Of a DNA stretch of 41,525 bases, positions 26,669-37,997 are shown piece after piece. The stretch's first letter is position 1, and every line of letters starts with the position of its first letter. A program made the translations under genes and the position numbers. The notes beneath the pieces were generated by a model. The model saw nothing but the letters and a program-made list of their open reading frames with translations. It ran no database searches and was not told where the DNA came from. Source of the stretch: Bigelowiella natans CCMP2755 (Eukaryota; Protista; Cercozoa); the NCBI GenBank assembly GCA_000320545.1, contig ADNK01001404.1, positions 1 to 41,525 of the forward strand. The letters run 5' to 3'.

Positions 26669-27418
26669 AAAAAAAAAGATATATACACATACATATGTTT
26701 AAATATTAACAATCAGCACCGTCTCCAGGTGTGAGCTGCCGATCTTGTCGCTGAGAGCACGCATGTACTTGTTCATAGCCTGGTAGAAGCCCATCCAGCT
26801 GTGGTTTTTCACAAACTGTTTTCCTGGCTCTTTGCCGTCAAGTTTCCGGTGGTGATAACGGAGAAGTTCCTTGACAGTGTCTTCCAGCACTTGCCGTTTT
26901 TCGCTGTCCCTCTCTCCTGACGGATCGAACAGTTGCTCCACTTTTCGCTTAAAAAGCTTCATGTCGTCTTCAAGGGGCAGGAGTGCCTGAGTATATGGTA
27001 GTAAAATGTAAATTGATGGTGGAATGTGTGTGTGTGTGTGTGTGTGTGTGTGCTCGTTTTGCCATATGCCCTCACAACCTAGCTATCCCCTTCTCTACCA
27101 TACATAATCTCTCCCACCACCTGCATCTTCATTTCTATCAGAAGAGAGAAATAAGGGGAGCCAAGATTCCGGGGAGCGTTGTCGGGCACCGCTTTCTCGT
27201 ACATCTCGGCGGCATCGGTAAATATGTAGTTCTGGATGAAGGACTTATCTTTGAGAACACGCTGGAACATGCTGATTTGAAGTCTTTGGATGATCTTCGG
27301 GTCAGAGAGCGTCGTATCCATTAGCTTCTCGCATGCTTTTTAAATTAGTGTGTCAGCATTACAGGTCTAACCTTTCTCTCTTTCTCCCCCTATCTCTCTC
27401 TCTCTCTCTCTCTCTCCC

Positions 27419-27495
<77 letters not shown>

Positions 27496-27749
27496 AATTA
27501 ATCGCCCCGCTCCCCTCCCTACCATTTCTAATTCCTTCCCTCATCCCGCAGGTTCGTTGACCACAGATGTGTGCTTCCACGTGCATGTGGTGTGCCCAGT
27601 TTAATGGTGACTACAAATTTCAAACGGGGGCATTTCTAATGGGAGATTCTACCTTCAATAATTTGATAGATCCCATGTTTGGCTGCGTAATCGACGAACC
27701 AGGATAGGACGAGGTGCTGCGAGTTCGGGATGTCCATCTCCATTGACAT
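24280..27749 (-). CDS. TRF/TRFL-like telomere repeat-binding protein (helical TRFH-like N-terminus, long acidic/basic linker, C-terminal telobox Myb)
   Basis: C-terminal [18 protein letters not shown]...KWARI...[13 protein letters not shown] is a single Myb repeat with the telobox motif LKDKWRN. ATG 27749 ([21 protein letters not shown]). About 7 exons join in phase; stop TAA 24282-24280. Confidence 0.85.
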
Positions 27750-28203
27750 GATGCACTCAGCAACGAGGAGCTTGCCAAGTTTAGCCTTACAACGCCACGA
27801 AATATTTCAGAATGCGCTAAAAACATAACACGTTTTTCGCAGCAGACAACCAATTTCTTGATGAATTTCAGAAAGTCCCCGATGTTCCGAGAGGCTTAGC
27901 GTGAGCGTAGCTTGATCTACATGTGGCAGAACGAGGCAACACCTTCGCTCCACGCTTTTTTCTTGATGGAAGTTTTCCCCAAGTTTTATTTTCTCGCGGC
28001 TTTCACGAAAAAACCGGCATTTCCTGTGAATTCCCGATAGGAACCGGTGGAGAGCGAACAGAAGAAAAGATTCTGACGCCTTCAAAGGGTGGGGGCGGGC
28101 GAGCCGAGCACTGTATCAAGCACATTCCATTGAATAGAGTGTGAGAGGAACACCCCTCTCTTGATCTTACTGGTTGAGGTACGAACAGAGCTAGACCCCA
28201 CTG
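27750..28203. promoter_or_regulatory. Compact (454 bp) divergent promoter region between the TRF-like gene and ATG6
   Basis: Head-to-head ATGs at 27749 (-) and 28204 (+), with no microsatellites in between. Confidence 0.55.
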
Positions 28204-31200
28204 ATGGCGGCCTCTGGGGAGCTGGAGCAGGTGTTTGTGTGCCAAGAGTGCCAAAGGGCCTTGAAGATTGTTGAGCGGAAAGGCGTAAAAGGTAGTGGAA
28301 TAGAGCTAGATCCTTCCTTTCTATATCGAATCCTTCCATTGTTCATTATATATCTGATTCTATCCCGCCTAAAAACTAAAAACTCGTGTTTTCTTCTTCT
28401 AAGACTCGACTCTTCAAGCTCTGAAAACTGGGGAGCTCCCCACCTACCTTGATGAATCTCACAAGAAGAAGGTAGAGAAGAGGCGTTACGTCTAAATTTA
28501 ATTCAAAATGGAAAATAATCTATTTTGGCCTGTCAATATGAGGAGATTGGAGTTTGGGAACGGGGAAGCTTCTTATCCTCATCGCAACATTCTCACCACA
28601 TTTTTAGGAAGGCGATGCGATTAAGCGTCTCGCGGAGTCTTTTGTTGTGCTCTCGGAGTCGAAGGTAACATTATAGTGTTTCACGAGGAGAAAGGGGGTT
28701 GAAATTGTGGGGCAAAGTGCTGATGTTCCTTTATTTTATTCTCTATCTCGAGCTCTAATCATCATATTCTTCTACAGGTTGTAAAGAGACCACCGGAGAA
28801 TGTTGTTGGGAACAACACCAACTTTCACGCCCAGGTACACTATCAAATCGGTTCTGTTTATCCTTAGTGTCCCATTCATCTGCCAACAAAGCTTTCAATT
28901 TGCGCTGATCAAATTTTACGTTCGTCCCTCAGGTGCAGGCCCTGAGTAAGATCTTCGAAGTCGTATCCGATAAGTGCCAGGTCGACTGCCCGCTTTGTGA
29001 CCAATGCAGCATCGATTTGCTACGACGACTCCGAGATAAGATCAGAGATGTGGAGGAAGAATGTAAGAGCTTTCAGCGGTGCATTGACTTGCTTAAGAAG
29101 GAGGATCTCGCTAAGCAGCACAACAGTGAAAAGGAAAAAGAGGTAGCATGAGTGTGCAGAGGGGTTGGCTTGTTTTATGCATTCTTCCTCCTCTTGTTGA
29201 CTGTCAACCTATCACATTTGAACTGACAGGAAGAGGAGCGGGAGAAGCTTCTTTCCATGGAGGTGCGACGGCAAATCGAGGAGATTCGGAAAGAAAGACA
29301 AAGGATGCGGAAGCAGACGAAACAGCTGGAGGAAGATTCCAAGAAACTTGACGAGTGAGTCCGTGAGTGCTTTGTGGTTTTAAGGAAGGCCCCCTCCCCG
29401 CCCCATCTCTGTCGTTGTGTATGCGTGTGTATCTGCGCATAACATTGTCGTTGATTCCTCTACTACCTTGCCTACTAGGTGTGAGAGGTTGTTTTGGGAG
29501 GAATACCAAGAGTATCAGCTGGAGCTTGCTGTCCTGCAGGACACACAGGGTGCACTCCAGCAGAAGATCGAAATTACTCAGCAACAGGTAGATAGGCAGT
29601 ACATAGGCCATCATCATCATCATCATCGTCTATCTATATAAGCAGAGTATCGTATCGTATCGTATCGTATCGTACCGTATGTAAGCCATTGCTGCTGATG
29701 TACCTCCTCATAAGGAAGGGATAGAACAAGAATGTCATGTTGGGTGATGATAGTTACGATGACAACGTCGGGAAGTTATTATCCGGCTACCCCTCCATTT
29801 TGATCTGCCATCATTACCGCCGCCATCGTCGTCGTCGTTGTGTTGCTGCTGTCCGTAAATCAACCCGTTTGCTAATCTTAGCCCACCCATTCTTCTTCTT
29901 CCTCCTCCTTCTCTTCCTCCTCCTCCTCCTCCTCCTCCTCCTCCTCCCTCAGCTGGAGCAGCTGAAGTACACCAACGTTTATGACGACGCCTTCTACATC
30001 TCCTCGAAGGGGCACTTTGGTTGCATCAATGGGTTCAAACTGGGGCGCACGTCCTCCGAGGTTCCTATCTACGAATATTTGTCATGCTGCCTTTGCTCTG
30101 TGCAGCATTATAACCCACCGTCTCCACGTTTACAAACACAAAGATTCTTGCGAAGTGCGCGTGTTTGATATTCTTCTCTCGCACTTAACTCTCCTCCTCC
30201 TCCTCCTCGTTTCCGTACATATGCAACGGCTAACTGTTGGTTATTATCTGCCATGAAGCCTGTTGGATGGGACGAGATCAATGCTGCACTTGGCCAAGTC
30301 GTTCTACTTCTCAGCAGCATCGCAAAGCAGGTGTTGATTCATCAAATATCAAATCGAAAGGAATGTTGTTCAGCACGAATGCGAACTGGCAGATAAGGGC
30401 GTATAACGTGTACATGGGTGTGTTTGAGTGAGTAGTTAATGATAATAGCTCATATCTCCTTCGTCGTTGTGCTCGTCTCGTCGTTCGGCAATGCTGTCGC
30501 ACAAACATCACCACCAAAGGTCCAGTATGAGTTCCAGACAGTGATACTGCAGCCACTAGGCAGCTACTCCAGAATAGCAGATCGTAATATTCACGTGTGC
30601 TGTGTTGTTATTTGATTAATTATCTATGTTACCATGAATGGTATTGCCTGATTCTTCACATTTGTATTCACAATCATCGAGTTGATTAATAACAACAATA
30701 AATGATGTCGTCGCAGTACGCGATACTACCGACCTTCACCACCACTCTCATCATCATCATCATCATCATCATTATCATCATCACCACCACTAACAACCAT
30801 CAGGCAAGAGTTCCCCAGAGATATTCAATGAACTCTATAACTACAGCTCCAGCGAATTCTTTATTAGACAAGGTCCTGCCTTGAATATCACCTTTCCTTT
30901 TTTCTTTTTTTAATTGGATAATGCCGATGATGATGATGATGGAACATGAGAAGAGGAGGAGAAGGAGGAGAAGAGAAGACTCGGAAAGACCAGAACGAGA
31001 AACATCCCAATTTTCTCGATGGTTACCGTAAAAGATGTATGTTTTTCTTCTCGCGGTATCACCATCCAACACTGTCCTCTACCACTCATCCCCACACTGT
31101 TACCTATCACCGGAAATGCATGCAGGCACGAGCAGCTCGAGCGCCGGGAAGCGCTTCAACACGGTCGTTTCTTTTCGGAGCATAATAACAACACACAACA

Positions 31201-31758
31201 GCATGTATCTTGAGATTGGGTTTATGCAAGTCAAGCGCAAACGCCAAGCTGATGCGATAGGGTGTGATGAAATGATAATGACGATGTACGAATTTATATC
31301 TACCCAAGGCGTTGAGCCTGCTGCTACGGGCAGTGAAGGAGCTGGGCGATTATGGCTCCAGAATCGATTCGTCCTTCAAGCTACCGAAAACGTAATAGCA
31401 GCTGTAACAGTATCATCCTCATTTCATCATCATCGTCATCATCATCGTCATCATCATCATCATCATCATCATCACTCCCTTCTTCTTCTGCCTTGTTCAT
31501 TAATTTGTTGCTTGCTTCTAGGATCTCCGGCGATAAGATTGAAGGATTCTCCATTCAGGCCGTTGCTGCGGAGGGTGATTGGACGAAGGTGTGAGTAGAG
31601 AAATACGGGGGGGAATAGTTTACTTTATTCTGTTGATGCCTATATTGATAACCACCACTCATCCTTTTCTCTATGTCCGTGTGCGCTGCACTATGCGCCT
31701 TGTTACTCAGGCTTTGAAGTATCTTCTCCTAGATCTTAAAGCCCTCTTAGCATGGTAG
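28204..31758 (+). CDS. ATG6: Beclin-1 / ATG6 / VPS30 (PI3K class III complex subunit), about 14 exons
   Basis: Spliced motifs: FVCQECQRAL, RLAESFVVL, VDCPLCDQC, a coiled coil, LKYTNVYDDAFYI..GHFGCINGFKLGR, PVGWDEINAALGQVVLLL, LQPLGSYSRI and WTK|ALKYLLLDLKALLAW. Stop TAG 31756-31758. Confidence 0.96.
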
Positions 31759-32280
31759 AGAGGATTTTTTGGTTTTAGCCTGTACTTGTTTAGTTGTAGT
31801 CCCAGCAGGCACGAATGATGGCACTGAACGAAGCTTCGTCGTTGCTCTGTCCTGATCCTTTTGTTCTTTACGAATTGTTTGTTCATTATTATGATGCATA
31901 ATTCTTTTCATGTACAATCAGGTGTTCGCAGCACAGCGCATCTGGGTGGAAGACAAGATGATGATTCGATCTGGCTATGTAGTCAAGCGACGATTCGTCG
32001 TGCTAATGGTGTGTGTGTAACTTGTGTAGCTGTCCTCATGCTCAAGGGGCAACTTTTGTCAGCATTCTAGCATTGTGCTGATTTACATTTGGTCATTCTA
32101 GCATTGCATGCATGCTGCGTGTGCTTTGCGCGAATGGCAATGATGCATGAGATGTGCGTGCGTGTACAAGTCGAGTACATGTTCATTTTCATCCTGTAGC
32201 ATCTAGCTAGCTAGTTCAAATCGCGTACGCCAACATGTCTAGATGTGCATGCACGTTTGGACTTGCACATCATCCAGATA

Positions 32281-32369
32281 ACTGGTGTACACACACCAGT
32301 AATCATTGCATCGCTTTGTTCAGCGACGTAATAATTACTGGTGTATGTACACCAGTAGGTAATCATTGC
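32281..32369. repeat. Two tandem imperfect copies of an inverted-repeat unit
   Basis: ACTGGTGT-acac-ACACCAGT (32281-32300) and TACTGGTGTA-tg-TACACCAGTA (32336-32357), each ending in or followed by TAATCATTGC. Confidence 0.85.
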
Positions 32370-32487
32370 TGCATGTTGCATGTGCGTGCACGATGCATTC
32401 TCGCTTCTGTCTAGCTAGGCTAGTAGGCTTCACAGCGCACATGCGCACAGCTACCATGCAGACGGGTGACATGATGATGTGATGCAA

Positions 32488-32588
32488 CATGCTAGCATGC
32501 CATCACAGCATGCTGATCGGCAGGCTAGCAGGGCGCACCTGGTGATGTAGGACAATCTAGCAATGCTAGCAATGGCCATGCTAGCATG
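32488..32588. repeat. Palindrome CATGCTAGCATG, copies 4 and 5
   Basis: Exact copies at 32488-32499 and 32577-32588, with degenerate GCTAGC variants between them. Confidence 0.9.
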
Positions 32589-32807
32589 ACGATGAGATGC
32601 GAATGACAATGATGAGGAGGTGTGGGGGAGAATACGGAACACGGAGGAGTCGGGAACGGTGGAGCGCCGTGTTCGAGCATCACGGCCACCACCCATCCAT
32701 GCAGCTCATTTTGGTAAAATCGCCCAAATTCTCGACCAAACTCGAAGCTGCGTCGTCGACAACGCCACCCCCACCTTGCTCTGTGTGGAGACAATAACGA
32801 AAGAGCG

Positions 32808-32850
<43 letters not shown>

Positions 32851-32985
32851 AGGGGAGGGGGAGGAATAAGGAGAGGAGGAGGGGAGTTGGACAGGTGAAT
32901 GGAAGAAATTTATTTCTCTTCGTCCCTGAATTGCCTCACCACTTTGTGATGGTGGTGGTGTGCTTCCTCAGGGATTCTTCTTCGA

Positions 32986-33774
32986 ATGCAGAGGAAGGGC
33001 CGTAAACGCAAGAGCGTCGACGCGTCATCTACCAAAGCGGAAAGCCAGGTTAGGAGATCGAGCAGGCGGACTACACGAAAGGATACGTGCAAGAGGGGGG
33101 AGGATAAGGGCAAGAGCGGGGATGATAAGGGCAACGACTCCGTGAAAGTTGAAGTGGTAATGACAGTCGTGTTTGTTTCTCATCCATCCATTTCGTCCAT
33201 TCACATACCCCTCACCTCAGGACATAGAAGGAGCGATTCTTGGCCTCTGCAGAAAAAGGGGAGAAGCTAAAACATGCTGACCTTCGGAGGTTGTGCTCTT
33301 TCCTGCATCATTTTTCGTAAATACGTAACTATCGCTGCTGCATTCATTCAAAAATTCACCACCATTACCACAATGCTATCATTAGCATTGCCGCATCCCT
33401 ATTTACTGTCGTCTAAGATGAACCTTCAATTGTATAGGTGCCGCGAATCGTGCTGAAGCTCAAGGATTGGAGAAATTACATGAGTGAAACTCGAGAAGTG
33501 GCCAAAAAGTTGGCAAAAGAGGGCAAAATCGCTATTCTACAGAAGGGTAAAGTTCTGGACCCGAGCGGTACATCCATAATGTAAAACTACTGGCAGATGG
33601 AATTTCTTTGATGTATTCCTATTTTTCAACACATCTTCATTGTTTCGCAAATGCATTCAGAGGCCAAGCGCCTTTTACCTTGCTACCTATTCTGATTGAT
33701 GAATTATCACCGATCTACTATTAGAAACCTTCAAAGGGCCTATACGACTGAGGGTTGCGAGCAAATGTGATTAG
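32986..33774 (+). CDS. DUF3253-like protein (139 aa) with in-frame TGA at codon 77; candidate selenoprotein
   Basis: Exons 32986-33156, 33221-33289, 33438-33567 and 33725-33774 (420 nt, all GT-AG, phases 0/0/1). Peptide ...DIEGAILGLCRKRGEAKTC(TGA)PSE|VPRIVLKLKDWRNYMSETREVAKKLAKEGKIAILQKGKVLDPSETFKGPIRLRVASKCD*. This fits the remembered DUF3253 pattern IL..L..RG..KTICPSE...WR..M...R.....G.I...QKG...DP....GPIRLR. Confidence 0.85.
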
Positions 33775-33931
33775 AATGCTCAGCAAGGATGTCCTTTTAC
33801 AGTGTCTAATCAACTGTCAAGAACATGAAAGCTTTCACGCGAAACCCTGGACCGTTACGTATTCCTGTATACCTTGTGAATGAGAAGTGGTGCATCCTGT
33901 TTGAATTGATTTTCTCGTGTGGTTTCGAATA

Positions 33932-33995
33932 GCGTGGGCACAGCGCATTGTGTCGAGAGCAGCGAAGGAATCCTCGATCTTTGCTGCAGCCACGC
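33932..33995 (+). promoter_or_regulatory. Predicted three-way-junction RNA structure in the putative 3' UTR of the DUF3253-like gene
   Basis: GCGTGG (33932-37) pairs with CCACGC (33990-95) and encloses two hairpins: GCACAG/TTGTGT (33938-53) and GCAGCGAAG/CTTTGCTGC (33959-87). Pairing read by eye; function unknown. Confidence 0.3.
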
Positions 33996-35039
33996 ATAAA
34001 AATACGGCACATTCAATCGAGTATGAAATGGGCTGCTCTGCTGCCGCGACTACAAGGGTAAGCAGGATGAATGTACATTGGGAGTGTGGAAGCCTGACTT
34101 AATTTAGAATCTTGATAAGTAGTCACGCTATGCATCATCAGCATTGCTCTTCTACGTATTGTAGTGACTGTGCACATCGCGCGAGGCAGACTAACCGGCA
34201 ACCACCAAATGCAAAGCTACATGTGCAGGGCCCTCATTGCATTGTAATATACACGCATAGAGAGACATGTATATAGTTGATAAAGGTCACGCATACTACA
34301 TAAGATCGCATGAGAACGTATCTAGCGTGAGCAGAGATATACATCTGCGATCCACGATCAGCGCTGCGAGATCGAGCCGCGAGGCAATTTTACGCGTGCA
34401 GCATCTGGCTGCTACGCGACTATCATGACACATATCTGAGTAATGGAAACGATGTTCTTACATGAACAATAATGCGATATTGACCAATCATTGCCTATTA
34501 TTACTATCATTAGTATTTCTTAGACTCACTCCTATACATCCGAGTGCCATTTGTGCACCAGGTATCTTGACAAAACGTAGAAAGTCGTGTTTTAAGAAAC
34601 GGGGGGGGGGTCCAAGCTCCAAATGACGCACACGTGCGTTCGCGTTTACACGTGTGGGTGATGCTGTTATTATTATTATAATTACTACTATTTTATATAT
34701 CTCTGTGATGGAGTCATTCGTTTGGATTCTTGGTCACAGTGCTATCCGTGAGGTGGAGATCGGATCATCACACACTGCGATTGTTATCACCGTGACGATT
34801 TTGTGCTCAAGTTGCTGTTTTTCTTGCAACCTTTTGCAACCTTCTCGAATGAGGCAGCGGGTCAGAGCGACGCTATCTTCCTCCTCCTCTTCCTTCTATT
34901 GATATTAAACTGCTACTTCTACTACCGCTACTACAACTACTGTTGTTCTAATTCGTAACCATCCTCGTCCTCTCCCCATAATCCACGAACACCTTGTTTT
35001 CTCCTCCACATGGGAAGGAAATGGAAATGCAGCGCCACT

Positions 35040-35348
35040 CTACTTGCTGCTTGCAAGGGCGGGTTCAGCATGTGGATGGTCTTCGTGGAGATGCTTCCCT
35101 TCCCCCCTTTCCTCCCCTTTCTCCATCACTATCAACTTGTTCTCGTAATCTCTTAGCTCGTGGCCGAGCTGGCGGAACTGCTCGTTGGCTCTCTCGAGCA
35201 CCTCATCGCTCTTACAGAATGCGAGGCGAATTAGGCAGGGCGGCTCAAGCTCCCCGTCGTCGGGCTGACCGAAGAATGGCGACCCAGGTATTGTGATGAT
35301 ATTGTGCTTCTCACCTAGCCATCTGATGATGATGAAGATGAGGAGGAT

Positions 35349-35391
<43 letters not shown>

Positions 35392-36374
35392 TGTGTGTGT
35401 GTGCGGTCACAGTGTGTCGCGCTGGATGTGCTCATTTCTCTTTCTTCCTCGTTATTTTATCATTTCTAAATGCATTTCTGCTGTATATGATGGTGAAGAT
35501 AATGATAATGATGATGACGACGACGACGACGACGACGATGAGGACGAGGGCATGGTGTGCCTATAGAGGGAATAAATACACTACAGCAGCATGATAGGCA
35601 CCACCTGCAAAGAGCAAAATCGACAGGACGCTCGTCCGCCTCTGCTGCATCCAAATAGCTTTGAGGCACGAGGGGAAGCAAACGACGCGCATCAGCCATG
35701 ACAAAGAACCCCCCTGTCCCCTCCGTTGGTTTGAGCCCTGCCTCCTCCATGCCGGACAACAGCATCGTCCTCTTTGAAGCATACATCTCGCGCAGCCAGC
35801 TGTAGTAGCTGTCGTGTCCTTTGTAAGGATCGTCCGCCTCCTAGGAAAGGAGGAGGCAAGGGGAGTAAGAGAGCGAGAGAGAGAGGGGGGGGGGGGGGGG
35901 GGGAGAAGAAGCAGACGTGGGGAGCGGCAAGAATGAATTAGTTGTTGAAAATAGAGTTCTCTTTCCAATATCCCCAAATTGTGGGGCCAAGCCTCCCTCC
36001 CTCCCTCGTTTATCATCTTTCTCTAACGGTGCTCATATCCCCTCCATCGCCCTTCACTCAACCTGGAGGACTTGAGAAAGTGCGTGCTGCATGGGAGACG
36101 GCGCACAGAACTGGACAAGGGGCAGTAACGAATGCACACGTGCGACGAAATCCCTCGGCCCGACAAGCCATCCAACCTGCAATGGAGAGAAGCGCTGATC
36201 GGTGCTATTCTGTGTCGCATAGATGTTGTATGGAGGGTTTCGAGTCCCTGTGCATGAGTGCGGACTGCGTGTTGCTGATCCGCTGATTCTTAACGATTTC
36301 ATCACGCCGGAAACACTGACAGCGTTGTCTCCTGCGAAGCGGCAAGAGCGACAAGAGCAAAAGGTGCCGCATAT

Positions 36375-36409
<35 letters not shown>

Positions 36410-36832
36410 TACACACATTGTACCTGCCAGCCGGTGATGCTGAACGTCTTCCCAGCGCTTGAGCAAGTCACAGTGCGGTCCCACATCCCCTTTGGATTAG
36501 TAGCAGTTAAAAATATATATATGATATGATGTGAGGAGATCTGATCATTTGTGTAGCCTCCCCTTCCTCCTTTTCCCCTTCGTAATCTCTCAACTATTGA
36601 GAATTGTTATTACATCGAGGGCGGCAAAATGGACGTGCTCTGGCGGAGTGGTAGACGAAGAAGAAGAAGACGATGATGATGACGATGACGATGGCGACGA
36701 CGCTTCTTCAACTGTTTTTTTCTCTCCTCGGTCCCCTTCAGGAGTGTTGATGATGTACTTATAAACTTCATCTGATATAACCGACAAGTGGGGATGCCTC
36801 CTCACGATGTCAGCAATTCCCTGATGGGAGAT

Positions 36833-36879
<47 letters not shown>

Positions 36880-37258
36880 ATAAGAAGGTTCAGCAATTAC
36901 GCACAGTCATCTTATGCAACCATCATCATCATCATCATTATCCTAACCGTCCTCCAATCTCTGCATTTGAGGTGGCTGAATACTATCAATTCATATTGAT
37001 GTGATTAAGACTTTGTAGCCGCTCTCAGGCAATCAAAAGCCTCAACATCGATCATCAACGGCAAATATGATTGAAATGACAACTGTAATTATAATTAGTA
37101 CCGACCTCCATCTCTTCCCTGTTGAATACTTTCCCCGTCGGGTTGTGAGGCGTGTTGAGAATAAGCACGCGTGTCCTTTTTAGCGGTGATATGCATTTAT
37201 GAGCCACTAGGATGATCGGTGTTACATTACAAAGCCAATAAATACACGTAAATATAGA

Positions 37259-37321
<63 letters not shown>

Positions 37322-37966
37322 ATGATCTTCTTAAATCGTCATGAGTGAATGAACTACTTACTTAGGAGTGATAGCTGCCTCCAGCTTGTTTAGATCGAGC
37401 ACCCCATTGGACCGGCTGAGCGATAGCGGAACTGCCACAGGCACACCTTCGGACATCTTGACCTGTCCCAAATACAACTCGAAAAAGGGCTCGAGAAGGA
37501 GGACCTGAGGGGAGGGGATAGGAATGTTTTGTTAGGATTAAGCTAGACATTGAGCTTGATGATGAAGATTGCATCCAAGAGGATGAGGAAGAGGAGGAGG
37601 AGGAAGAAGAAGAAGAAGAAGAAAAGGGGGGTGATGAGTTCTCCGGAGTGAATGAGCGATAACCTCGTCGCCTGGTTCGATTAAGGCCGTGAGAGATAGA
37701 TAAAGAGCCTGGCTACAGCCAACCGTAATAGCAATTTCGGACATTGCATCCACTTCTCGCTGGAAATGGGTTGAGTAGCGGTCTGCTAGGATCTAAATAT
37801 GAGAGGAAAGGGGGAGAGGGGGAGGGGGAGGACAAAAATTCTTTTAGTGCCAGCAGAATAGGTATCTGTTGCTTCAATCATAACCCCACTAATCCCTTGC
37901 ATTCGCCCGAAAAACTCGGGGAGGGGGAGAATGATAATAATAAAAATAAAAATGAGAAGAGGAAGA

Positions 37967-37997
<31 letters not shown>

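Noticed and set aside
32281-32369. CRISPR-like repeat-spacer-repeat
   Set aside because: Only two imperfect units in a eukaryotic context, with no cas genes.
33275-33280. Genome-wide UGA reassignment, or a GC donor skipping the TGA
   Set aside because: No other in-frame TGA was needed in the conserved genes. A T|GC donor would delete PSE and break phase with the next exon.
33825-33885. Canonical SECIS starting at ATGAA...AAA
   Set aside because: No complementary helix-II arm followed by GA at the expected distance; kept only as a partial resemblance.
34326-34356. GTGA-GCAGA...TCTGC-GA hairpin as a SECIS
   Set aside because: The stem is only about 5 bp with no apical AA; too short.
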